Source: a virus (lineage: Duplodnaviria > Caudoviricetes). Taken from it: a stretch of DNA of 64,000 bases. Location of the stretch: positions 256,001 through 320,000 of the IMG/VR virus record IMGVR_UViG_3300005326_000040, one strand, 5' to 3'. The translations under genes and the position numbers were made by a program. Shown piece after piece: positions 46,880 through 56,262 of the stretch. The notes below the pieces were generated by a model. It was given only the letters and a program-made list of their open reading frames with translations. It did no database searches and was not told where the DNA came from. Position 1 is the stretch's first letter, and each line of letters starts with the position of its first letter.

Positions 46880-48592
46880 ATGGGCGAACATCCATCTATC
46901 ACAAAAGAAGCTTACAATAAAAGTTGGTATCAGGTTAGTGATTTTCTAAACAACTTCACTTCATTAGGTAAGAACGCCTTAATGAATCGTTCGCGTTCTT
47001 ATAAGGCAGCTATTTCTGTGCTTCGTAAGGTTGATACAGATATTAGAAAATATATTGAGCAGCAGAAGCGAGTTGTCAAGCAAATCAATCGAGCCAAAAA
47101 GAAGATGGAGCTTGCTCCGTTCAAACAAGGCGTAGACGATTTTCTTAATCTACAAGAAGCAATTTTGAAAATTCTGAAACCTGAGGCTCGGGCAGAATTC
47201 AACAATATTCTACAGCATGTAAAGCATGAGTTGTTCCGGAATCCAAAAGCAAAGCGAATTCCGTTCAATCCACATGAGTCTGTTCAGCGTGTTCTTCAAA
47301 GTATTAGTGATGCTGGTATGGTAGCTGGCGGTCCAGGATTTGACCCAACAGTAGCTCCGTTTGATTGGAAAACTCGTGCTCAAGCAACATTTGATGAGCA
47401 AGAAAAGGCGCGAAAGAAGAAAGAAAAAGAATCAAAACAGAGACAACAGCAACAGCGTAAAGCTGAAGCCATCAATGAGTTTGTCAAAAATGGCGGTATG
47501 TTTGATTGGTATTTTAGTGGCAGGCATTATAAAAACCTTCAAGAAGGCGACGAGTTGTATGGAGCTTTAGATAATATCTTCAATACAATTGAAGCCATTT
47601 ATCAAAATAACGACCAAACTTACAGTGAGCTTCACGCCCATTATGCCAAAGGTGACCCTAAAGCATATCTTGATACTTTAGCTTCGTTGGAAAAACAAAC
47701 GGCTACGGCTACGGCTAGCATTTGGAGCGACTATAATAAGCATCTTGCGCCGCTGGCAGAGCAAGAAAATGTTTCTTTGAATCCCGTTTCAGAAACAGCC
47801 CCCTCTTCAGAACAAGGTGCTGATTTACCGCAAGTTTTTGATGCCGGTGAACCACAAGCCGGAGTACAAGCCGAGCCTGATACAAGCCAAAGACGAGAGC
47901 CACAAAGTGTTCAGATGAATGCTGATAGTGATATGCATAAGAAAATCGTAGACACAATTTATGGCGGCCATTATGACGACGCTATTGAATTGATAAAACA
48001 AGAATATAGTTATGATTTATCGTATTATATTGGTTTTTATGGAGGCGGAATTTCTCAAGATAAAATTGAAGAAATTATGCATGAAACGTTTTATGAAGCT
48101 CTTCGTATGCTCCCCAATATAGCTAATAACATAGGTGATGGAAAAAGGTTTAACGTATTGGGTTGGTTAAAAACAATAGCCGCAACAAAAATTCCAGCAC
48201 AAAACAGTCAACCTGCGAAACATGTTGAGCCTGTTGTGCAATCTCCTTCTGCTCCTGTTACGCCCGCTGTTGCTGAGCCCGCTGCTGCTGAGCCTGTCGC
48301 ACAACCTGTTGTTGAGCCTGCTGAGCCCGCTGCTGAGACTGCTAAACCCGCGCCACAACCTAAAGCTTCAAAGGCACCAAAAGCAAAAGCTCCAGCCGGG
48401 CTGCCTCGAAAGAAAAAAGTGAAGGTCGAATCTGTAGAACAAGCATTAGAGCAAATTACAAAGACAGCCATGGATGGAAATCCTTATGCTGTTGCAGTTG
48501 AGATTTTGAAATTTGCCGAGGAAATTGAAGACGTTGATGAGGAGCTAGCAGACCAACTTACCGCTATAGCTGAGAGTGTTATCAATGGATAA
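46880..48592 (+). CDS. large head-module protein with A/E/P-rich linker
   Basis: ITKEAY near the N-terminus, ITKTAM near the C-terminus; terminal KFAEEI...ELADQL helix motif. Confidence 0.7.
   Translation: MGEHPSITKEAYNKSWYQVSDFLNNFTSLGKNALMNRSRSYKAAISVLRKVDTDIRKYIEQQKRVVKQINRAKKKMELAPFKQGVDDFLNLQEAILKILKPEARAEFNNILQHVKHELFRNPKAKRIPFNPHESVQRVLQSISDAGMVAGGPGFDPTVAPFDWKTRAQATFDEQEKARKKKEKESKQRQQQQRKAEAINEFVKNGGMFDWYFSGRHYKNLQEGDELYGALDNIFNTIEAIYQNNDQTYSELHAHYAKGDPKAYLDTLASLEKQTATATASIWSDYNKHLAPLAEQENVSLNPVSETAPSSEQGADLPQVFDAGEPQAGVQAEPDTSQRREPQSVQMNADSDMHKKIVDTIYGGHYDDAIELIKQEYSYDLSYYIGFYGGGISQDKIEEIMHETFYEALRMLPNIANNIGDGKRFNVLGWLKTIAATKIPAQNSQPAKHVEPVVQSPSAPVTPAVAEPAAAEPVAQPVVEPAEPAAETAKPAPQPKASKAPKAKAPAGLPRKKKVKVESVEQALEQITKTAMDGNPYAVAVEILKFAEEIEDVDEELADQLTAIAESVING
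48230..48400 (+). repeat. coding low-complexity repeat (AEP/VAEP/PAA)
   Basis: Imperfect gctgagcccgct / gctgagcct units inside the 46880 ORF. Confidence 0.7.
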
Positions 48593-49529
48593 TGGGATTA
48601 TTCGGCAAGCAGCCATACAGATTATTGCTGAACCTAACGATGTCGTTAAGGTTGCGGGCACTCTTGGAAAAATTAAACGATGGATACGAGGTTTGATTAA
48701 TCCAACAGTGCGCAGAGAAATAGACATTCTTGATAGGAAATATGACAAGGTTAGACCGCTTATAATCCAGTTACAAAGTTCAATTGATCAAATTGAAAAA
48801 TCGATTGAAGATGTGGATATGTATAGTTATGATTCTGCTATGCAGAGTTTATCCAAGACACTTACCAATCTCATTTCCAATCTAAGTGGTTTACAACAAG
48901 CGGTAGATATTCATCAGGACGCAGCCTCAACAAGCGGAAATGCAGCAGAACAGCGAAAACCTGGGTGGGTTACATTGATCGACAGAGACCTTCAAAGTCT
49001 TTTGGGTAAAAAATCCCTAAGAGATCTCGAAATTGATCTTAGTGATATTGATGATAATCCTAAAGAATTTTACAATTCGCTAAAGAGTGAAAGTTTTGGC
49101 GGATACGGTAAGCATGGCGTTCGTTCTTTTGCCGCAAATAAGAACATGACTGACGAGGATGTTTATCAATTTTTAGAGAAGGCTGAGAGCAGTCATATCC
49201 TACAGAAGTTTGTAAGACCAGCAATGCTTCAAATGCCGATTGCGAAAATGTCGTTAGACCAAAGCAAAGAAAACAGCCGAGATTATTTGTTCACTTTGGA
49301 GTTGGTTGGTAAAAACATATCATTTGATATTGGTGACCCACAAAAGTATTTAATGGCAATCAATATAAAAATGGATGTCTTTGGTCCATCACGCCCTAAA
49401 AACAAACAAGATTTGAAGCTGTGTCGATTCAAAGTTAACAAACATTATGTTACTAGCATTAAGTCTGAAGAAGCTGTTGTCCCTTCTGAGCAACCAAGTT
49501 CTGAAGAGGCAGGGGAGCAGGTGAAATAA
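48585..49529 (+). CDS. head-module hypothetical protein
   Basis: IIRQAA and VVKVAG motifs near the N-terminus; overlaps the previous stop. Confidence 0.7.
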   Translation: MDNGIIRQAAIQIIAEPNDVVKVAGTLGKIKRWIRGLINPTVRREIDILDRKYDKVRPLIIQLQSSIDQIEKSIEDVDMYSYDSAMQSLSKTLTNLISNLSGLQQAVDIHQDAASTSGNAAEQRKPGWVTLIDRDLQSLLGKKSLRDLEIDLSDIDDNPKEFYNSLKSESFGGYGKHGVRSFAANKNMTDEDVYQFLEKAESSHILQKFVRPAMLQMPIAKMSLDQSKENSRDYLFTLELVGKNISFDIGDPQKYLMAINIKMDVFGPSRPKNKQDLKLCRFKVNKHYVTSIKSEEAVVPSEQPSSEEAGEQVK

Positions 49530-50518
49530 TGAGTTCTGATAAGCGTTTTGAAGAACTTTGCATGGCTATTGTCAAAAGCAATTTAGTCAAGCGAGCAGAT
49601 GTAGTTCCGACGAGCGAGCAAAAGAATCCTGATGGCACACCTGTTCAGGAAGATCAACAGCCAAGTTATGGCGCAAAACCTGCCCAGCCTGCTGTTCCTG
49701 CACAACCGGCTAAACCAACTGTTCCTGCTCAGCCCGCGCAACCAGCACAGCCCGCACAATCTGCTGCTCCTGCACAACCAACACAGCCTGTTCAACCAAC
49801 AAAGCCTAATCCTGCGCAACCAGAGCCGCCTAAAGCACCAAAACCTCCTGTGCCACAACAGCCTGCGCCTCAAAAGCCAGAAACACCGAAGCAGCCAGAA
49901 CAACCTGAGCAGCCTGAGCAAAAACAAACTTATGATGCTTCGAATCAAACTTATGACCCAAACGGCAAGACTCATAATGTGGCGCAAACAGAGCTTACAG
50001 GGATTATTGCGAAAGCAATGTTACAAGACCAAAATATCAAAAAACTGGCACAAGCATATTATTTCCAGCCGTCAGTCAAAAATTTCTATTTAGCGCAAGA
50101 AAAGTTAGCCGCACAATTCAATAACGGTAAAATTATCCCAACCTCCGGAAAACTTTATGATAAATGCGTTGAAGCTGGCGCCGTTTCCTTTTGGACTCCT
50201 GTAGCTCCCGCTTCTAACTTTTATGCGTTTTCAGTCAAAGCAGACAATCATAAACTAACCAAGTTAGCTCTCATTGACGCTCTTTGTTCGATTCGAGATA
50301 AATTTGGCTGCGCCTTTCAAATATTCGATTCTTTTGATGAGCTTCATGTTTCTTGCACTTCATTAAAGGAAATGAACGTTGAAGATTTGCGCGAAAATAT
50401 CGCCGATAGTATTTTTGAAAAGCAAGCCGATATATTGGTTATTCTTCCTAAAGTTGGATCTCTTGGAAGGTGTTCTTCAGATTTTGTATTCAAAACGGGT
50501 AAAGTAACAGCATTATAG
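49529..50518 (+). CDS. head-module protein with a long PAQ/PEQ proline-rich linker
   Basis: LVKRAD, followed by about 90 aa of PAQ/PTQ/PEQ repeats and a globular C-terminal domain. Confidence 0.7.
   Translation: MSSDKRFEELCMAIVKSNLVKRADVVPTSEQKNPDGTPVQEDQQPSYGAKPAQPAVPAQPAKPTVPAQPAQPAQPAQSAAPAQPTQPVQPTKPNPAQPEPPKAPKPPVPQQPAPQKPETPKQPEQPEQPEQKQTYDASNQTYDPNGKTHNVAQTELTGIIAKAMLQDQNIKKLAQAYYFQPSVKNFYLAQEKLAAQFNNGKIIPTSGKLYDKCVEAGAVSFWTPVAPASNFYAFSVKADNHKLTKLALIDALCSIRDKFGCAFQIFDSFDELHVSCTSLKEMNVEDLRENIADSIFEKQADILVILPKVGSLGRCSSDFVFKTGKVTAL
49670..49925 (+). repeat. coding 9-nt-unit imperfect repeat (PAQ)
   Basis: cctgcacaa / cctgctcag / cccgcacaa units inside the ORF. Confidence 0.75.
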
Positions 50519-50523
50519 GCGAA

Positions 50524-51096
50524 ATGACTATCTATATCTTAGCTGAACAAACTAAACTATCAGCCTTTTTTAGCGAAGGGTATTCTGTTCGTCCTGAATG
50601 TTTGATTCGCAAAGCCGAGTTGGAAAGCGAAGTCGATAAACTATCAGGCTCTGAAGGGTTCGTTTTGCTTAAAATTGAAGAGCCCACAATGACAGAAGCT
50701 TTGTCTTATGTGCTCCCAGAAGAAGAAATTCATCTCTTTGCAGATGAAGTCAAAATTGTAAACCCAGCAGAAGAAGGAATACAATCTCAGGCACTACAAA
50801 ATTCTTACTCTAACATTTTCAAAACTGCTGGAGCCGAGGTCTATTCTGTTATCCAAAAAGAAACCGAACAAAACAAAGAGTTGCATTCAAAACTAATTAA
50901 AGCTGCAAGAAATTTTGGACTGAATGCAACAAAAGAATATACCACGATTTTCAAGCGCGCAATGATAGATAAACCAGTGAGAGATGTGTTTCAAAAAACA
51001 TTTCTTGAAAAGCTTGAAGAAGCTAAACGTCTAGGTGTCAAAAATGCCGAGAAGGCCGCTGCAATGACAGCGATGAGAAAGGTTGGTTTAATCTAA
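50524..51096 (+). CDS. head-module hypothetical protein
   Basis: LIRKAE, IFKTAG and IFKRAM motifs. Confidence 0.7.
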   Translation: MTIYILAEQTKLSAFFSEGYSVRPECLIRKAELESEVDKLSGSEGFVLLKIEEPTMTEALSYVLPEEEIHLFADEVKIVNPAEEGIQSQALQNSYSNIFKTAGAEVYSVIQKETEQNKELHSKLIKAARNFGLNATKEYTTIFKRAMIDKPVRDVFQKTFLEKLEEAKRLGVKNAEKAAAMTAMRKVGLI

Positions 51097-52532
51097 TGTC
51101 TATTGCTCGGTTTACAGAGGTTTCACCTAATTTGTATCGAGGTGGCGCTCCAACAGAAGAAGATGTTGGGATTCTTAAGAGCCTATATGGCGTACAGCTA
51201 ATCATTAGTTTGGATGAGTCTACTGGAAATAAAATCGATAAAGCTTGTAAAAAATATGGCGTTCAACATGTTATCAAACCCGTTCACGAGATGATTGAAA
51301 ACGGCGTTGACTTGGTTATGGAAGAATTAAAGAGCACAAAAGCCACAGAGCTTATTGGCGATAAGGTAGCTTTTGTTCACTGTAAGCATGGAAAAGATAG
51401 AACCGGAATGTTTGTAGCTAAATATAGGGTTGAAAATGGATGGTCGCCGAAGAAAGCTGTAGAAGAAGCTGTAAGTTTTGGTTTTGGCGTAGGTTGTGAA
51501 CGCAACGTTCAAGATTATCTTGATGTTATTAATTCTGCTGCCACAGAAGATTTTGCAACACTAGAGGATTATAACAAGCTTTTTGGCAAAGTTAGAACAA
51601 AATCAACGTGTGAAAACTGCGGAAAAATCAAATATGACAGCGGCACCTGTACGAACTGCGCAAGTGAAACAGGAGAAACTACGATAAAATTGTTTGATGA
51701 TGCAGGAGATGCGGCAACCGAAACAAGAGACACAATGAATAAAATACTAGACTCTGACCCTATGTCGGCTCCTACAATCGATCAAAGTATATCCGGAGTT
51801 ACTGGGTCGCTAAAGTACCCAAAAGCTGTTCGAAAAGGTATTGTTGGTGCCTTACATAAGTATATTGTTGCCCAGCAGCATGAAGTAAGTTCTCAAGTTA
51901 CGGCAGAAGATGTTGCTCTCGCTAAAAGACTTATCAAGCAGTTTACTACGCTTATTAGTCTTATTGATACTCTTATTTTGAAGGACGTTCAAAAATTTAT
52001 TGAACTTTTGAAGACTGTCAACGGCATTACTCCAGAGTTAATCAAAGAAGTAAAAGCTGAACCGTATTTTTCAAACTTAGGCAAGAACATCAAAAAGAAC
52101 TGTTGGAATCTTGTTGGCAATAAATATATCGATGTCGCAGAAGATATTGATGAGAACAAAACCAAAAAAGAAAACATGGGAGATACTGATGGAAGAAAAT
52201 CTCCGTTTGAAGTTTGTTTGGATGGTTTCAGCAAGTTTAATAAAGACACACTTATTGGCCCAATGCAAAGCTCTCTCGAAGACGCGATGAAGGGTCTTGT
52301 AGATTTGGTTGTAGATTTAGCTGACTTTGTTGAGGAAAAGATTGAAACCAAAGAGTTTCAACCAAATCTTCTAAAATTACTTGAGGCGATTGAACAACAA
52401 ACAGCCACTATCAAGTCATTGATTAAGGATAGGGTTATATTTACTTTGAACAAAGACGTTGTTGGTTCAGATAAGCCTCATGAAAACAAAGAAGTAAGTG
52501 TTCTTCAACAAGTCGTTAACAACAAAAGGTAA
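51096..52532 (+). CDS. CX5R (dual-specificity/tyrosine) phosphatase fused to a zinc ribbon and a helical domain
   Basis: PNLYRGGAP, IISLD, catalytic VHCKHGKDRTG; CENC...CTNC; long helical C-terminal half. Confidence 0.88.
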   Translation: MSIARFTEVSPNLYRGGAPTEEDVGILKSLYGVQLIISLDESTGNKIDKACKKYGVQHVIKPVHEMIENGVDLVMEELKSTKATELIGDKVAFVHCKHGKDRTGMFVAKYRVENGWSPKKAVEEAVSFGFGVGCERNVQDYLDVINSAATEDFATLEDYNKLFGKVRTKSTCENCGKIKYDSGTCTNCASETGETTIKLFDDAGDAATETRDTMNKILDSDPMSAPTIDQSISGVTGSLKYPKAVRKGIVGALHKYIVAQQHEVSSQVTAEDVALAKRLIKQFTTLISLIDTLILKDVQKFIELLKTVNGITPELIKEVKAEPYFSNLGKNIKKNCWNLVGNKYIDVAEDIDENKTKKENMGDTDGRKSPFEVCLDGFSKFNKDTLIGPMQSSLEDAMKGLVDLVVDLADFVEEKIETKEFQPNLLKLLEAIEQQTATIKSLIKDRVIFTLNKDVVGSDKPHENKEVSVLQQVVNNKR

Positions 52533-52534
52533 CA

Positions 52535-52699
52535 ATGGCGATTGTAAAATATAGCGATGGCGGAAGTATTGTTCGAGTAGTTGATAAGGAAGAAATTGCG
52601 CAAGAGTTAATTGAAGAGAAAGTAATTACGAAAAACGCTAAGGATGAAGATAGTAAGAATGAAGAAGAAAAGCGGGATGTTCCTTCTTGGGCTAGGTAA
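52535..52699 (+). CDS. small acidic hypothetical protein (54 aa)
   Basis: MAIVKYSDGGSIVRVVDKEE...PSWAR; SD AAGGT; below the track threshold. Confidence 0.6.
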   Translation: MAIVKYSDGGSIVRVVDKEEIAQELIEEKVITKNAKDEDSKNEEEKRDVPSWAR

Positions 52700-52715
52700 T
52701 TGTTATTCTGTTAAC

Positions 52716-52730
52716 CTAATATTCTGACAT
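52716..52730 (+). promoter_or_regulatory. candidate late promoter ctaata-N6-cat
   Basis: CTAATA TTCTGA CAT; SD AGAGG; ATG 16 nt later. Confidence 0.55.
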
Positions 52731-52746
52731 TAACCTCAGAGGAAAA

Positions 52747-55700
52747 ATGAGTATATTTAAACGTGGTGAAGCTCTTCAGTTCTCTACATCTGATATAAAA
52801 CCTACAGACGCCATAGAAAACGATCCATTAGTAATGGAACGTTTCCGAAAAATGGCGTCTTCGCTGAAAAATAAAATTGCGCCTAAAGCGAATGATTTTT
52901 TATATTTTTCGGCTATCATGATGCATGCAGCTGAGAGATCTTTGTATGATGACAAGGGCAATCTCAAAGTAATTAATGGACGGCCCGTTGAAGCACATTG
53001 GGAAGTCAGCGATAAAGGTTCATGGAAGTGGGTATGTTCTGACCCAAACCTCCGACCTTATAGAAACGCTAACAGAGATATTTTTCCTGAACTAGAGCTT
53101 AAGAAAGCTTACAAGAAATGGGTTGGAAAGCCTCTTTGTAAAGACCATCAATCAAGCACGATTGAAGGCGTTCGCGGTCTAATTCTAGATACATATTATG
53201 ATGAAAAAGCAAAAAACGTTATAGCATTATGCGCTATTGACCGCGTAAATTATGGTGACTTAGCTAGAAATATCGAAACTGGTATTGCTAATTCAGTTTC
53301 CATGGGAACGGCAGTTGGATGTTCGATTTGTTCTGAGTGTGGAAACGTAGCTAAGACTGAGACTGAGTATTGTCCTCATGTTCGGTCAAGAATTGCTTAT
53401 GGAGAGATTAACGTTGACCTGTCTCCCATCGAGTTAAGCATTGTTGTTAATGGCGCAGACCCATTAGCGAGAGTAAGAACAATCATTGCTGCTACAAATC
53501 AATTTGAAAATACACTCAAAAAGAGTGCTGGAGCTGGTACAACTTTAGATCAATTGAATGCTCTTAAAGATGAGTTTTTCAAGCTTGCTGGTAGGATTCA
53601 AGAACTCGAAAAAGAAATTACAGTTCCAGATGACAATAATTTCGCATTAAAGGCAGTGGCATCTCTAGATATTCATGATGATGCCTCAAAACAAATTCAA
53701 GAAGAGTATATCAATGGGTTGAGTCTTATTAAGACTAAGATGTCAAACATTGAGACGATGTTTCAAAAACTTGCTAACAATAAGTACAATACGGAGGAAT
53801 TAATGGGGTCAGATACTAAAATTGCCAAAGGGTTTTACCAGGGAACAGAGGAACCGACCCCTGGACGCCCACAGTACGAAAAAGAAGAAGCCGACAAAAT
53901 TCGTGACAACGAGGATCGCCAAGTAAAGAATATCGCTGATCTAGGCCCCGTTGACGGAATGTTCCCTGGTGATCTTGAGAAAAAGCGTATGCTTGCTCGC
54001 GCTGCTGTTGAAGAGCGTCGTGTAAAGCGCGCAGCCCTTGTTGAAAAAGCAAAGCTTGCTTATATGCAGGGCACAACTGAGCCTGCCAAGAATGGCAAAA
54101 CTACTTATACACCAGATCCACTAGGTGATAAGGCTCGTGAACAAGATCGTTTCTTGCAGAGCCCGACTGAGTTCAAGGGTGATGCGGCTCCAGGCGACGT
54201 TGAGAAGAAGAAGAAGCTTCTACGCGCTGATCTCAAGGCTCGTTTTACTAAGGCTGCAAAGCCAAACGGCCAAGAAGACACAGCAAATCATCGCTGGGAT
54301 ATTCTAGCAGACAACAAGGTTGTATTTTCTGCAACACTTAATGAGCTAACTGGTGGTCGTCGTTCTCTTTATGACTCAGTAAAAACTGCTGAGTTCGCAA
54401 AGGGAATGCTTCGTGCTATCAAAGAGGGTGGAGTTGAGAAGGCTGTATCTATTTACAAGTCTGCTCAGATGGAAATGGGCGCTGACCCCATGGGCGCTAT
54501 GCCTCCTGCTATGCCTGCCCCCGCTGCTGCTGGTCCAGTTCCCGGTGATATGATGGGCGGAATGGGCGCTCCTGCTGATGGCGGCGCTACTCTAGAAGCC
54601 GTTCCGGAAACAGTTGCTGACCCCGTCGAGCGTGGCAAGATGTCGCTAGAAGTTCTTGAGAAGAACATCGACACAATGACCACAAACCTTCGTGAGCTTT
54701 CCACCGATATCAAAGGCGGTTATGACACACTAGAGAGCCAGAGTGGACAGTTCGGCGGCGACGCTGCTGCCCCACTTGCTGCTCCTGCTAATGCAGTTAC
54801 TGCAAGTCTAAATTCACTACGACGCGGCGCAACAGGCCCAGAAGCCACAGGCGCTCTTCGTAATATTCAGATTGTACTAAATGCGGGTCTAAAAGAAGCT
54901 TTCAAGACTGTTCTTGCTGAGATCGAAGAAAGCGCTGATGAGCTTGATACACTCAAGGCCACAATCAGCATGCCCGGAATCGATGATGTTCATCAGGAGT
55001 TTGTTCAGAATATCGCTGACAGCGCCATTACAGAAGCAAATGAGATCGTTAGCAAAGCTAATGCTCTTCGTCTTGCCTTTGTAAATTATGCTCGCGGTAC
55101 ATATGGTCTTGAGAAAAAGGCTGCCGTTGAGAATCGTATGCTCAAACTTGCTGCTGCAAAGAAAGCTAAGAGCAAGAAAGAAAAAGAAGAAGAAGATAAG
55201 AAAGCTAAGGAAGCAAAAGAAAAAGGCAAATGCAACAGCAAACCTGCTGGTAAGCAGCCAGTTCCTCCGCAGAAAACACCAGCGGCTCCCGCTGCCGGAA
55301 TGAAGGTAAAGGCTTCTGAAGATGATGATGATGTAACCACACTAGAGGGTAAACGAATGCTTAGAGAAAAACTTGCATCCAAAGCTCTTCAAATGAGCGA
55401 AATGCTTAACAAAGCCCATCCAGGCGGCAGCGTTACTATCGGTGATTTGGACACTAAAACTCAGGAAGCCGTAGTCGAGGACCTTTCTGATGTTCATGAC
55501 GCTATGGAAAACGCCGCAACATCTACTCCTACCGCCAGCGACAAAACAAAGCGCGCAGCCAAACGCATTGATGACCTAATCAAAGCTGGGCGCGTTGCTT
55601 CTGGCGAACTCGATGACCTCGTCAAGCACGGCTTGGACAAGGATGCAGTATCCTATTGGAAGAAGTATTATGGTCAGGTCGAAGGCGGCAGTGAGTTCGC

Positions 55701-56067
55701 AAGCGAACTAGTCTCCGATTATGACAAGGAGAAGAGGGCTGCTCTTGATATCGAACAGTACAAGGTCAAGCTCGCTCGTGCTTATGACATGGCTCACCGG
55801 ATGGCTACCGCAGGTATCGTTCCAAATACCGCAGACACCATTCAGAAGGAAGCAGAGAAGATTGTCAAGTGGAATGACGATGCTTATGAGTCGATGGAGC
55901 GCGTAGTTGCCCATCGTAGACCCGAACTCCAGAAGGAAGCTTCTATGAGTATTCAGAACGGTCTCGCTCTCGATAGTAATATCGCACAGGGCGCACCTGC
56001 TGACACTACTCTTGTTGCAGAAATCACACAGGCTCTTATGGGGTCTAAACTAGGACGCCGGTTCTAA
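52747..56067 (+). CDS. prohead protease fused to a long scaffold/core region
   Basis: N-terminal HK97/herpes-type protease pattern (RNANRDIF, PLCKDH His, RGLILD, SVSMG Ser, CSIC..C...C.H); about 800 aa of helical and low-complexity scaffold-like sequence; located downstream of the portal. Confidence 0.8.
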   Translation: MSIFKRGEALQFSTSDIKPTDAIENDPLVMERFRKMASSLKNKIAPKANDFLYFSAIMMHAAERSLYDDKGNLKVINGRPVEAHWEVSDKGSWKWVCSDPNLRPYRNANRDIFPELELKKAYKKWVGKPLCKDHQSSTIEGVRGLILDTYYDEKAKNVIALCAIDRVNYGDLARNIETGIANSVSMGTAVGCSICSECGNVAKTETEYCPHVRSRIAYGEINVDLSPIELSIVVNGADPLARVRTIIAATNQFENTLKKSAGAGTTLDQLNALKDEFFKLAGRIQELEKEITVPDDNNFALKAVASLDIHDDASKQIQEEYINGLSLIKTKMSNIETMFQKLANNKYNTEELMGSDTKIAKGFYQGTEEPTPGRPQYEKEEADKIRDNEDRQVKNIADLGPVDGMFPGDLEKKRMLARAAVEERRVKRAALVEKAKLAYMQGTTEPAKNGKTTYTPDPLGDKAREQDRFLQSPTEFKGDAAPGDVEKKKKLLRADLKARFTKAAKPNGQEDTANHRWDILADNKVVFSATLNELTGGRRSLYDSVKTAEFAKGMLRAIKEGGVEKAVSIYKSAQMEMGADPMGAMPPAMPAPAAAGPVPGDMMGGMGAPADGGATLEAVPETVADPVERGKMSLEVLEKNIDTMTTNLRELSTDIKGGYDTLESQSGQFGGDAAAPLAAPANAVTASLNSLRRGATGPEATGALRNIQIVLNAGLKEAFKTVLAEIEESADELDTLKATISMPGIDDVHQEFVQNIADSAITEANEIVSKANALRLAFVNYARGTYGLEKKAAVENRMLKLAAAKKAKSKKEKEEEDKKAKEAKEKGKCNSKPAGKQPVPPQKTPAAPAAGMKVKASEDDDDVTTLEGKRMLREKLASKALQMSEMLNKAHPGGSVTIGDLDTKTQEAVVEDLSDVHDAMENAATSTPTASDKTKRAAKRIDDLIKAGRVASGELDDLVKHGLDKDAVSYWKKYYGQVEGGSEFASELVSDYDKEKRAALDIEQYKVKLARAYDMAHRMATAGIVPNTADTIQKEAEKIVKWNDDAYESMERVVAHRRPELQKEASMSIQNGLALDSNIAQGAPADTTLVAEITQALMGSKLGRRF

Positions 56068-56097
56068 TCTAACTACATCATCATTGTTTAGAAACTA

Positions 56098-56130
56098 ACG
56101 AAGGCCCCTTGATTGGGGCTTTCGTGTTTA
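56098..56130 (+). terminator. intrinsic terminator
   Basis: ACGAAGGCCCC-ttgatt-GGGGCTTTCGT stem (one G-U pair), then GTTTA. Confidence 0.75.
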
Positions 56131-56208
56131 ATATCTTGTCTTTGTATTACGCTTCTAAGGCGTGTAATCAGATTCTGATTTGTTTATAACATATTGTTTC
56201 TACCGTTG

Positions 56209-56223
56209 CTAATAAACAGACAT
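56209..56223 (+). promoter_or_regulatory. candidate late promoter ctaata-N6-cat
   Basis: CTAATA AACAGA CAT directly downstream of a terminator. Confidence 0.55.
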
Positions 56224-56262
56224 TATTGCTGAAAGGCTATTTAACTTTTTCAGGAGATTTCA

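Noticed and set aside
49670-49925. Repeats as a possible CRISPR array or VNTR element
   Set aside because: The units are 9-nt, degenerate and in-frame (PAQ codons) with no unique spacers; this is coding low complexity.
56185-56228. GTTTCTACC resembling the purine riboswitch core
   Set aside because: No P2 hairpin or CCGTAAA loop with proper P1/P3 pairing, and it precedes a structural gene; the overlapping late-promoter-like motif explains the region better.
56068-56262. tRNA or other ncRNA in the largest intergenic gap
   Set aside because: No cloverleaf or T-loop (GTTCRA) pattern; it contains a terminator, two short hairpins (56137-56169 and 56167-56180 region) and a promoter-like motif only.
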